The notes beneath the pieces were generated by a model, which was given only the letters and a program-made list of their open reading frames with translations, ran no database searches and was not told the origin of the DNA. From Rickettsiales bacterium (lineage in GTDB: Bacteria > Pseudomonadota > Alphaproteobacteria > Rickettsiales > G965195355), in contig OZ239627.1 in the NCBI GenBank assembly GCA_965195355.1, forward strand, positions 73,185-137,184: a stretch of DNA of 64,000 bases. The letters are read 5' to 3'. Positions within the stretch are counted from its first letter, which is position 1. Each line of letters begins with the position of its first letter. This document shows, one piece after another, positions 45,518-54,445 of the stretch. Made by a program: the position numbers and the translations under genes.

Positions 45518-45736
45518 CTAGAAATTAAAATCTCCACTTATAGGAATAGGTGAGTTTTCTACTGGTCCATGATCAATATGCATATTGTAATCTTTACAAA
45601 CATTATAAACATGCGCATCTACCAAATGCTGATTATCATCTCCAGTAGAACGCTCCTTTACGTGATGACCCTTCTTAGGAATAACACCAGGAATTAGAGG
45701 AATTAACCAAAAAAAATCTGCGTGAACATCATTCAT
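45518..45736 (-). CDS. Hypothetical His/Asp-rich small protein, short paralogue of 45819..46304
   Basis: 72 aa ending ...GDFNF. The segment IPKKGHHVKERSTGDDN parallels IPSFKVDEKGHATGDVN of the neighbour. Confidence 0.35.
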   Translation of the reverse strand: MNDVHADFFWLIPLIPGVIPKKGHHVKERSTGDDNQHLVDAHVYNVCKDYNMHIDHGPVENSPIPISGDFNF

Positions 45737-45818
45737 ACAAAACCTATATTCAAAGTTAAACAGGCAAAAAATACCTATTCAACTTTAGATTGAAGATTAA
45801 ATATAGTCAATAGATAAA

Positions 45819-46304
45819 TTAAAAATTGAAATCAGTATTCAAATGACCGTTTTCATATTTGAAATCAAAATGATCATGACTAGAAAAAACATTATTCTGC
45901 AAATCATGATGAGAAGGCAATTTTCCACTCCATATAACTTCAGTCACAGCATCATCTACAAACTTCTCTGTAATTGAAGGACGAGAATACAAATCAACTT
46001 CTACCCCTTTGTCATTCAAATGGAAAAATATATCTGAAGAACTTCCATCATTGTGATGAATGTGCTCTATAAAATTCACATCTCCAGTTGCATGTCCTTT
46101 TTCATCAACCTTAAAACTAGGTATATCTTCAACTACGCTATCGCCATCTCTATCGATGTAATGATGACCATCCTTCAAATCATTATCCATGTGTGCGTGA
46201 ATTCCTTTAAAACCACTATTCTTGAAAAAACTAGCAGCTTCTTCAATATTAATTTTTACTCTATGTAAATCAAAATCTCTGTTGTTACTCATATAAAACC
46301 TCAT
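45819..46304 (-). CDS. Hypothetical His/Asp-rich protein
   Basis: 161 aa with many H, D and HH/HxH clusters. Ends ...TDFNF. Confidence 0.45.
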   Translation of the reverse strand: MRFYMSNNRDFDLHRVKINIEEAASFFKNSGFKGIHAHMDNDLKDGHHYIDRDGDSVVEDIPSFKVDEKGHATGDVNFIEHIHHNDGSSSDIFFHLNDKGVEVDLYSRPSITEKFVDDAVTEVIWSGKLPSHHDLQNNVFSSHDHFDFKYENGHLNTDFNF

Positions 46305-46386
46305 TTGAATCTATTAATTTACGACATTGATGTCAAAATAATTATATCAGTAATTGAGTTATAATGTCAAGAGATCTTAATAATTA

Positions 46387-47085
46387 CTAAGAATTACTAC
46401 GATAAAAACTTTTAAATCTACTCACAAGCGCTCTATCAGAACTTATATTACCAATTAAAGGTCCTGATGGTTTATTTAATCCATATTTCTCTCTAATTTG
46501 GTTATTTTTTTTTTTTCTTTCAGAATCATCTATATTTCTCCTCACGGGAGTTCTTATTGGATTTGAAGTAACACCAGGAAGTTGTCTAGTAAATGCGACA
46601 AATTCGCCTGCACTTTCAGATAATAAACCAGTTTTTTTGTTTACTTCAGATAATCCTTTTTCTCTATTTGATAATGCTTCTTTTAATCTAGAATCAGCAA
46701 TTCTATCTCTCTTTGCTTTCTTAGGATAGAGACTCACTGGAGGATTTGTACTATCACTACAAGAATCACCATTGCGCAAACGAGATTGAATAATTGATCT
46801 AAGATCTGATGGAAATTTGTCAAGTTTATCATTTAAACTAAATCCTTGATCTATGCTATTATTGTGATTTTTAATACTTTCTTCAATTTCAACTGGTAAA
46901 TCATAAACTTTTCCATATCTAAATTTGTTATAAATCGCAAATATACCAATCCCAATTAATGAAAAAGGGATTGTTATTATCAGAATACAAGAATATAAAA
47001 AATAATAATACTTTTTCTTTAAAGAACTCTTATATTTAGAACGAATTTCTTCCAAATCTAACTTTTTATTAGAACAATCATTCAC
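46387..47085 (-). CDS. Hypothetical protein with an N-proximal TM anchor; contains an A12 tract
   Basis: 232 aa. TM is FLYSCILIITIPFSLIGIGIFAIY. The coding-strand poly(A)12 (46505-46516) encodes KKKK. Confidence 0.45.
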   Translation of the reverse strand: MNDCSNKKLDLEEIRSKYKSSLKKKYYYFLYSCILIITIPFSLIGIGIFAIYNKFRYGKVYDLPVEIEESIKNHNNSIDQGFSLNDKLDKFPSDLRSIIQSRLRNGDSCSDSTNPPVSLYPKKAKRDRIADSRLKEALSNREKGLSEVNKKTGLLSESAGEFVAFTRQLPGVTSNPIRTPVRRNIDDSERKKKNNQIREKYGLNKPSGPLIGNISSDRALVSRFKSFYRSNS

Positions 47086-47141
47086 AATACTCCAAAAACA
47101 ACAGATAACACTAAACTAATTAAATTAACAATTCGTATTAT

Positions 47142-48314
47142 TTACATTTTTCCCTTAATCAATCCAATTTTTTTTTTTCCAACAGAAATCTTTGCAGGAG
47201 ATATTATCATATGTCCTTTGTCTCTTGTAATAACATCATTAATCATACATCCACCACCAATTATCAATCTTTTAGCATCTGCACCTGAAGACACAAAATT
47301 CAATTCTTTCAATGCATTAATAATTGATATTTCATTATGAAAAATTACTGGTAACTCATCTACATCACCATTTTCAAATATAGATTCAGCTTTTTTCATT
47401 GAAGTATTTGCATTTTCCTCACCATGACATATTTTTGTTGCCTCAAATGCAAGTCTTTTCTTTGCTATATTTATATCATTCCCTTTCAAATTTTCATATT
47501 CTTCAACATGTTCAATCTCAGTAAAAAGATTCATATATTTCACAACGTCTCTATCATCTATGTTTCTGAAAAATTGCCAATAATCATACGGATCTAACAA
47601 ATCTTCTGATAACCATACAGCACCTTTTTCAGTTTTTCCCATCTTTGATCCATTTGAATTTGTAATCAATGGAGTAGTTATACCATATAAATCAATTCCA
47701 AATTTCTTCCCAAGTCCAATCCCAGAAATTATATTTCCCCATTGATCAGATCCACCAATCTGCAATCTACAACATCCATTAGTTCTTTTATTTAATTCAA
47801 CAAAATCATATGCCTGTAAAATTGAATAATTAAACTCCAAAAAACTCATGTTCTGTTTCCTTTCTAATCTTAATTTTACACTTTCAAGATTAACCATCTG
47901 ATTTACTGAAAACTTACTACCATAATCCCTGATAAAATCTACGTAATTTAGATTCATTATCCATTCCGAATTTGACATAAATATCGCATCTGGAAGGAAT
48001 CTCTCAAGAATTTTTCTAATACCAACTTTATTTTCCTCAATTTTCTCCTTATTCAACATAGATCTAGTTGAATCTTTGCCAGACGGATCACCAATCATAG
48101 ATGTTCCATCTCCAAACAATACAATGCATCTATATCCAAATCTCATGAAAGATCGAAGAATCATTATCTGAACAAGACTACCAATATGAAGACTTTCAGC
48201 AGTACAGTCAAAGCCAATGTAAGCAATCGTACTTTTGTCGATTAAAATGTCTTCAGTATAATTTGTACAATTACTAAAACATCCTCTCTTCTTAATATAA
48301 TCAAGAAATTCCAA
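47142..48314 (-). CDS. tyrS: Tyrosyl-tRNA synthetase
   Basis: Class I HIGH-type motif (LHIGSL), KMSKS-type motif (KMGKT) and a C-terminal S4-like domain. Confidence 0.9.
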   Translation of the reverse strand: MEFLDYIKKRGCFSNCTNYTEDILIDKSTIAYIGFDCTAESLHIGSLVQIMILRSFMRFGYRCIVLFGDGTSMIGDPSGKDSTRSMLNKEKIEENKVGIRKILERFLPDAIFMSNSEWIMNLNYVDFIRDYGSKFSVNQMVNLESVKLRLERKQNMSFLEFNYSILQAYDFVELNKRTNGCCRLQIGGSDQWGNIISGIGLGKKFGIDLYGITTPLITNSNGSKMGKTEKGAVWLSEDLLDPYDYWQFFRNIDDRDVVKYMNLFTEIEHVEEYENLKGNDINIAKKRLAFEATKICHGEENANTSMKKAESIFENGDVDELPVIFHNEISIINALKELNFVSSGADAKRLIIGGGCMINDVITRDKGHMIISPAKISVGKKKIGLIKGKM

Positions 48315-48535
48315 CTTCTTTACCCTTGTTAGAATTCATATACCTAATAAAAAACATAAATACAATTCTATTTTTTACAGAATAAACACAGATGAACATC
48401 TCTACACAAAAACTCTCCTGCAGAAGGACCGCAAGAAGACAAAGAAACGTAGCATAAGATGATAAATGCAGAAACAATAAAATAATTTATATAAAATTAT
48501 ATCTTATTTAAGATAATATTACTAAATCAAACAAA

Positions 48536-49546
48536 TCAATGATCTAGTAAAAAATTACATAACTTTTTCATGTTTTTCTCAGGAGTCTCAGGAATAACGC
48601 CATGACCAAGGTTAAAAATCAATCTTCGATCATGAAATTTATCTAAAATATTCTCAGATTCATAAATAGCAGAATCAATATCAAATGCCAACAATTGAGG
48701 ATGTAAATTACCTTGAACAGGGATATCTATATTTTCGTACACCCAATCCATTGACACTGTATAATCAATTCCAATACAATCCACATTCGCATTATTCGAG
48801 TATAATTGTAACATTCTTTCTTGGGATCCTCTTGGAAACCCTATCATTGACACATCTTTGTGTTTCTTCCTGATGATATCAGAAATCCTTCTTGTTGGAG
48901 AAATCACATACTCATTATACAAATCATCAGGCAAAATACCTGCATTTGAATCAAAAATCTGCACTACATCAGCACCTGCTTCAATTTGATTTGATAAATG
49001 TTCAACAATAACATTTATAACAATATTAAAAATCTCATCAAATTTTCTTCTATCTTTATATAATTCTTTAAAAACTAAGGAGTTTTTCTTATCCTGGAAC
49101 ATATATGTCATTAACGTCCAAGGACCTCCAGCAAATCCGATCAAAGATTTATCATTTTCTATATCTCTTCTTACAAGACTTATAGCATCATAAACAGGAG
49201 ATAAAAATTCAGATATATCAGACATATTATTGAATAATATATTTGATTTATCTGTTTGTATAACGGGTCCTATTCCCTTTATAAATTCAACATCACATCC
49301 AATAGCGTCAAGAATAACAAGTATATCAGAAAATATAATTGCACAATCCATATTAAACTCATTGATTGGCATCATGGTTATTTCTTTTGCAACTTCTGAC
49401 TCATAACACATGTCTTTAAGGAAATTTTTATCTTTCGAGAGTTTCATGTAGCTATTCATGTATCTACCAGCTTGCCTCATAAACCAAAAAGGATTTCTGC
49501 ACTTGTATGTAATATCTTTTAGATATCTATTAATAGAGATAGACAT
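48536..49546 (-). CDS. hemE: Uroporphyrinogen decarboxylase
   Basis: PFWFMRQAGRYM N-terminal signature, FAGGPWT and LGHG motifs. Confidence 0.9.
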   Translation of the reverse strand: MSISINRYLKDITYKCRNPFWFMRQAGRYMNSYMKLSKDKNFLKDMCYESEVAKEITMMPINEFNMDCAIIFSDILVILDAIGCDVEFIKGIGPVIQTDKSNILFNNMSDISEFLSPVYDAISLVRRDIENDKSLIGFAGGPWTLMTYMFQDKKNSLVFKELYKDRRKFDEIFNIVINVIVEHLSNQIEAGADVVQIFDSNAGILPDDLYNEYVISPTRRISDIIRKKHKDVSMIGFPRGSQERMLQLYSNNANVDCIGIDYTVSMDWVYENIDIPVQGNLHPQLLAFDIDSAIYESENILDKFHDRRLIFNLGHGVIPETPEKNMKKLCNFLLDH

Positions 49547-49869
49547 AATGATAGGATGTGAAATGCGTTAGTATATCAGTTATAGTAGTTTATACTATAT
49601 ATTACTCACATAGCGATTCTTTAATTTCATCTATTTAATCTGATGTTTTTCTGAGTTACACACATGATGTGAATAACTGTTAGTTACGAAGTGTGAGTAT
49701 GAATTTCTTATAGAGAATCAATGTGAAAATTGTCAGTAAAAATAAAGATCCTAATTTAACACATTTATATTCATACTCTTACTTACGTGTTTCTCATCAG
49801 TTTGTCAGTTTGTGTTTTGTAGAAAAATATGATATCGTTACAACGCAAAGATATTTAATTAAATAAAAA

Positions 49870-50742
49870 ATGGAGAGTAAATTGAATAAATTTTCATCTG
49901 GTCTTCCAGGTGCTATATCGGGAATTTCTGATGAGAGGAGTATATCTTTAAATTTAATTCTTGGGTCTGTATCATCATTTGTGATTATAGGTCTTGTTTT
50001 AAAGGAAACCCATCATGAATTTTCTATCTTGTCTCATAAAAATGCATGGTTTGATTCTCTTATAATAAATAGCGCATTATTTGTGTCTATATTGCTAGTT
50101 TCTTTTCTTTGTTTAGTGTCAAGCTATTTTAATAGGAAGGTAGCAGATCATGCTTTATGGGGGATTGATCAACGTAGTAAATATATTGATAAGGCGCAGA
50201 ATGTTCATATTATAATGCAACTCATATTACTTCCCGTAAGCTTAGTTTCTTTTATAATTTATTTTCCACTTACAATTGCTATTTATTGCATAAAAATGAT
50301 AGCAAACAAAAGACATGAAAATGATGCGCACAAAGAGAGATTACGAAATAAAGATGGATATCTGGATTCTGAAAACAAACGTCTTATGAATGAAAATAGA
50401 GATCTGAAATGTGAAAAAGAAAATCTACAAGATGTAAACAGAGATTTAAAAATGAGAATGAAACATTGTGATAATAGATTGGGTGTGTTGCAATCTGATT
50501 TGCGTTATGTGAACGAGAGGCTTTATATGATTCGACACGAGGAGAGATTTCGTAAATTGAAGAAGGGGTTTAATTATCGAGATAAACCCATTAGTAATTC
50601 TCATTCTATAGAGACAGAAGTTGGTGATGCTATTGATAGAATTAATGAATCTATAAGACGTGTGGATCGCGATATTGGAATGCTTGGTGAAACGAGACAT
50701 AGTAAAGCTTTTTGTACTTTGTGTCATGATTATCATTTGTAA
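49870..50742 (+). CDS. Hypothetical protein: three N-terminal TM segments plus a coiled coil; architectural paralogue of 34647..36017
   Basis: GYLDSENKRLMNENRDLKCEKENLQDVNRDLKMRM follows the TM block. The equivalent in 34647..36017 is DYLEDQNRDLRSDL...DIRDLK. Confidence 0.55.
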   Translation: MESKLNKFSSGLPGAISGISDERSISLNLILGSVSSFVIIGLVLKETHHEFSILSHKNAWFDSLIINSALFVSILLVSFLCLVSSYFNRKVADHALWGIDQRSKYIDKAQNVHIIMQLILLPVSLVSFIIYFPLTIAIYCIKMIANKRHENDAHKERLRNKDGYLDSENKRLMNENRDLKCEKENLQDVNRDLKMRMKHCDNRLGVLQSDLRYVNERLYMIRHEERFRKLKKGFNYRDKPISNSHSIETEVGDAIDRINESIRRVDRDIGMLGETRHSKAFCTLCHDYHL

Positions 50743-50819
50743 TAATTATCATCGTTATTAATTAATGATTGAATTTTGAGTTTCTTGATGCACAATTGTA
50801 TTGTTGCATTTTTTGTGCT

Positions 50820-51368
50820 ATGTACATTCAAATAGAAGAAACACCAAATCCTCATGCTCTGAAATTTTTTCCGGGTTGTGTTGTATTAAATGGTGTTGGA
50901 ACATTGGACATTTCATCTGAAAAAGATGCAGAAGTGTCTCAAATTGCGAAAGATATTTTTAGTATTCCGAATGTCTCTAGAGTATTCTTTGCAAGAGATT
51001 TTATATCAGTAACAAAATCAGATGCTGCTGATTGGAGTATTGTGAAAGTTGAGATTTTGACAATCATATCTGAATTTTTTTCTGGTGGTGGTAGAATTAA
51101 TCTAGATGATGAAGATGATGCTGATGAAAATGATTCTGAAGTAGTTAAAACAATAAAGGAATTAATAAATCAACAAGTGCGTCCTGCAGTACAGCAAGAT
51201 GGTGGAGATATAAAATTTAATTCTTTCTCGGGTGGTATACTTTATCTTAAACTTCAGGGTGCCTGTTCAGGATGTCCAAGTTCAACTTATACTCTCAAAG
51301 AAGGTATAGAGAATATGATGAAATATTACGTTCCCGAAGTGAAATCAGTTGAGGCGATACCTGAATGA
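50820..51368 (+). CDS. Nfu/NifU-type iron-sulfur cluster scaffold protein
   Basis: Nfu N-domain MYIQIEETPNPHALKF and NifU C-domain with CSGCPSS. An internal Met is preferred over the track start at 50769. Confidence 0.85.
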   Translation: MYIQIEETPNPHALKFFPGCVVLNGVGTLDISSEKDAEVSQIAKDIFSIPNVSRVFFARDFISVTKSDAADWSIVKVEILTIISEFFSGGGRINLDDEDDADENDSEVVKTIKELINQQVRPAVQQDGGDIKFNSFSGGILYLKLQGACSGCPSSTYTLKEGIENMMKYYVPEVKSVEAIPE

Positions 51369-51369
51369 G

Positions 51370-51398
51370 TTGACATTATCATAATATTAAGTTAATAT
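51370..51398 (+). promoter_or_regulatory. Candidate sigma70 promoter TTGACA-17-TAATAT
   Basis: -35 at 51370-51375 and -10 at 51393-51398. The ATG at 51425 follows. Confidence 0.4.
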
Positions 51399-51424
51399 TG
51401 TTTTAATTATTAAGTGGTAATGAT

Positions 51425-52303
51425 ATGGAAATGGTGAGAGGTGCAGCAGGTGCTGTTGGAAATGGATTTTCACGTGCGGTGGATGCTGCTGGTAATGCAT
51501 TGGGTTTTGGTACTGCAACTGGAGTGTCAAATCCAGCATATGATAATGAAGCGGAGAATATGGAGGTAAGTGGAGCAACAAGAACTCATGTAACTGCTCC
51601 TGGAGCTGATCCACCTCCAGCATATTCTGATTCAACAGCTTTTACAATTAAATCAGGATCTTCTCTTGCACCAAGTGCTCCTCTAGCAGAAGGAACTACT
51701 CCTAGTATACCAAGTAGTATGTCAACAAATGCAACTGAGAATGGTATAGTTAAAAGCGAATTTCTAAAGAAAATTGGAATTACACATTATGGTAAAGTAG
51801 GAAGAGAAAAATTCGCTACTGATGCGAAAAGCAAAATGAACTTGGTGGTAATACCAATGTTTACTGGATTTTGCACTTCAGTTCTATATGCAATTGGAAT
51901 AGGAATTGACAAAACGGGATCAGATAAAATTAAAAAAGCAAGGAACATTCATCATGTAGAACAAGGAATTAATAGATTTTCTTCTTGGTTTATTCTTTTA
52001 GCTATAGCTTTGTGTTCCGATTATAGTAGACATCATAGGTTTCCATTTTCTCATAGTATTAATTCATGTAAAAATGCTATTGCTGTAGCATTTATAGTTG
52101 CAGTATTTTTGACATTGGCTCTATTTATAATAGATAAAGTGAATCATGAGAAATTTCACAATAAAACAATTAACAATATAACTCATTTTATATTTTCCAT
52201 TCCCGGAAATGTACTACTCGCTCCTGTAACTGTTCCTGTTGTAGCGCTTGGTTGCGCTCATCAAAGAGGTATGATTGGTAAATCAGATGAAACAGCTAAA
52301 TGA
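51425..52303 (+). CDS. Hypothetical membrane protein with a Gly/Ala-rich N-terminal region carrying NPAY and PPPAY motifs
   Basis: 292 aa. NPAY at 51530-51541, PPPAY at 51611-51625, then about 4-5 TM segments. ATGA overlap with the ccmH start. Confidence 0.55.
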   Translation: MEMVRGAAGAVGNGFSRAVDAAGNALGFGTATGVSNPAYDNEAENMEVSGATRTHVTAPGADPPPAYSDSTAFTIKSGSSLAPSAPLAEGTTPSIPSSMSTNATENGIVKSEFLKKIGITHYGKVGREKFATDAKSKMNLVVIPMFTGFCTSVLYAIGIGIDKTGSDKIKKARNIHHVEQGINRFSSWFILLAIALCSDYSRHHRFPFSHSINSCKNAIAVAFIVAVFLTLALFIIDKVNHEKFHNKTINNITHFIFSIPGNVLLAPVTVPVVALGCAHQRGMIGKSDETAK

Positions 52304-52647
52304 TAAGAATGCTCGTTATTATACTGCTTGTTTTTTTCGAGAAGGCAGAAGCAATAGAGAATAAAGAGTTAATTTTAATATATAAAACCGTCCGTTGTGC
52401 TGTATGTCAAGGCGAATCTGTATACGATTCCAGATCCGGTTTTGCTGAAATGCTTCGTGATGAGATTAGGAATCAATATAAGAGTGGAAAAACACGAGAC
52501 TTGATTCTGCGAGATTTGGTAAAAAATTATGGTGAGAAGATATTAAACGAACCATCTAATACAATTTTATGGGAGATACCAATTATTGCTTTTTTTGCGA
52601 TCTTGATACTCATGTATTCGGTATTTTTTCATAAAAAAGACAGATAA
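52300..52647 (+). CDS. ccmH: Cytochrome c-type biogenesis protein CcmH
   Basis: Signal peptide, RCAVCQGESVYDS (the CxxC motif of CcmH/CycL) and a C-terminal TM. Confidence 0.85.
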   Translation: MIRMLVIILLVFFEKAEAIENKELILIYKTVRCAVCQGESVYDSRSGFAEMLRDEIRNQYKSGKTRDLILRDLVKNYGEKILNEPSNTILWEIPIIAFFAILILMYSVFFHKKDR

Positions 52648-52649
52648 TA

Positions 52650-53030
52650 TTATGTATTTGAAAGTAATATTCTAAATGCACCGGATTCACGATTTTTATC
52701 GTATATTTTTTCTATCTTGAGTATTTTTTCTTTGAATTCAGATGCTAATAGCCATTGTGTAATGCTATTTTTTATTAATCCTTCTCCTCTTTGTCCTTTT
52801 CCAGTGATAATTACAACATTTTTTCTTCCAAATCTGATTGAATTTCTAATGAAATTCATTGTGATGTTGTATGCATTTTCAAGATTTTGATTATGAAGAT
52901 CGATCTCTGCTTCTTGTGATGAGTGTTTTTGTTGTTGTATTTTGTTTGTAACTTTTGATTTTTTTGATGCAACATAATTCTCTCTATTGATTTGTGTAAC
53001 ATCTTTTAAGAATTCTTCCCATTCATTCAT
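52650..53030 (-). CDS. Smr domain protein
   Basis: IDLHNQNLENAY...VVIITGKGQRG...L pattern of the Smr domain. Confidence 0.7.
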   Translation of the reverse strand: MNEWEEFLKDVTQINRENYVASKKSKVTNKIQQQKHSSQEAEIDLHNQNLENAYNITMNFIRNSIRFGRKNVVIITGKGQRGEGLIKNSITQWLLASEFKEKILKIEKIYDKNRESGAFRILLSNT

Positions 53031-53092
53031 AATAATTGACAGTATTTAAATATGAATTACCATACCATGAATGAGATTCATATAAATAAAAG

Positions 53093-53506
53093 ATGCATAT
53101 ATTCACAAGAATTCGTACTCCCAGTACAGTGTTTTATAGAGCATTATATACATCTAGACTTGGAATATCATCAAGATTGAATCAATCTCAGAGAATGGCA
53201 AAGAGCTATATTCTACCAGAAGATATTCGTATAACGCAAAATAGATTAGCTCTTATAGGAGATGATATAGATGAACAAATTGGATATCTTCTTTCGTATA
53301 ATCCAGATAGATATCTTGAATTAATAATTGAAAGAAGGGATGCTGAAGCAAAGAGAAAAGAATCTGAAGAAAAGATAAGAAATGTACCATCAACATCGTT
53401 GATGAGTACGAGTACAGATACAAATCAATCACTTGTTCAGTATGAACAAAACCAAGGAGAGAATTTGAGTGATTTCCAAAGAACAATGCAAATTGTTATG
53501 AGATAA
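53093..53506 (+). CDS. Hypothetical protein
   Basis: 137-aa ORF with no recognisable motif. Confidence 0.35.
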   Translation: MHIFTRIRTPSTVFYRALYTSRLGISSRLNQSQRMAKSYILPEDIRITQNRLALIGDDIDEQIGYLLSYNPDRYLELIIERRDAEAKRKESEEKIRNVPSTSLMSTSTDTNQSLVQYEQNQGENLSDFQRTMQIVMR

Positions 53507-53515
53507 TACTATAAC

Positions 53516-53544
53516 TTGACATATGATGTTGTATATTGTCTAAT
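53516..53544 (+). promoter_or_regulatory. Candidate sigma70 promoter TTGACA-17-TCTAAT
   Basis: -35 at 53516-53521 and -10 at 53539-53544, upstream of the ATG at 53568. Confidence 0.3.
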
Positions 53545-53567
53545 GGATGCAATATTTAGGTGAAGTT

Positions 53568-53828
53568 ATGGGTGATGTTTCTTCTAATAGAAGATTTAGA
53601 GCGAAAAGTGATAATGAACCGGCGTTTCAATATCATAATCATGCTGATGGTAAGACCGGGATGTAAGTTGTTGGAAATGGAAAAGTTCGTTCATCTACGA
53701 AGTCAGATTGTGATCGTGATTCAGGATCACTCAGTACAATGATGAGGTCTCTTACAAAACCAATAAGAGTAGCTAGGGCCTTTGGCAGGCATTTTGGTGG
53801 TCAGGGATATAGCAGATTTGAAGATTAA
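53568..53828 (+). pseudogene. Small ORF (86 codons) split by an in-frame TAA at 53664-53666
   Basis: Frame 3 reads MGDVSSNRRFRAKSDNEPAFQYHNHADGKTGM*VVGNGKVRSSTKSDCDRDSGSLSTMMRSLTKPIRVARAFGRHFGGQGYSRFED*. Track ORF 53560..53742 is a different frame. Confidence 0.3.
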
Positions 53829-54034
53829 TGAGATAAAAATAATGCAGAGAGCTTTCTGTAATGACAAATCTTAGATAAAAATTTAAAAAAGGATTTATGA
53901 ATAAAGAAGATGATGTAAGACAAGATTCCGCAGAGGATTCAGATGTAAACGATTGCTGTGGCGGTGTTATGATGTGCGTTCGTTTTGTATTTCAAAGTGT
54001 GTTTGGATGTGGAAAATGCAGAAAAAGTAAGTGA

Positions 54035-54445
54035 TCAGTGATTTTTCATGAGAAATTCAATTGCAAATTTATATCCCATGATTCCCAAACCCGAGATTGT
54101 ACCAGTTGCGATGTCTGAGATATAGGATTTATGTCTGAAATCCTCTCTCTTTTGTATGTTTGATATGTGAATCTCCACAGTGGGAATTCCAATTGAAAGA
54201 ATAGCATCTCTTATTGCAATTGATGTATGTGTATATGCTCCTGGATTTATAACAATGCCATATCCATCAAAATCCTGTATTATAGAAACCATTTCACCTT
54301 CGTGATTAGTTTGTCTGAATTTTATATCTTGTTTTGTATGTTTGCACAAATTTTCTATATCTTTCAATGTGCAGTTTCCATAGATATTAGGTTCTCTTTT
54401 ACCAAGCATATTGAGATTTGGTCCATTTAAAACCAGAATTTTCAT
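54035..54445 (-). CDS. aroQ: Type II 3-dehydroquinate dehydratase
   Basis: ILVLNGPNLNMLGKREPNIYG, NHEGE, INPGAYTHTSIA and EIHISN motifs. Confidence 0.95.
   Translation of the reverse strand: MKILVLNGPNLNMLGKREPNIYGNCTLKDIENLCKHTKQDIKFRQTNHEGEMVSIIQDFDGYGIVINPGAYTHTSIAIRDAILSIGIPTVEIHISNIQKREDFRHKSYISDIATGTISGLGIMGYKFAIEFLMKNH

Noticed and set aside
53568-53585. N-myristoylation motif (MGDVSS) on the small split ORF
   Set aside because: It fits M-G-x-x-x-S, but Asp at position 3 is unfavourable. The ORF is tiny and interrupted, so the motif is likely chance.
53897-54034. 45-codon Cys-rich ORF (MNKEDDVRQDSAEDSDVNDCCGGVMMCVRFVFQSVFGCGKCRKSK)
   Set aside because: It is too short to support without comparative or expression data. 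The Cys is at -5, not -4, so it is not a CaaX box. It is mentioned only as a candidate.
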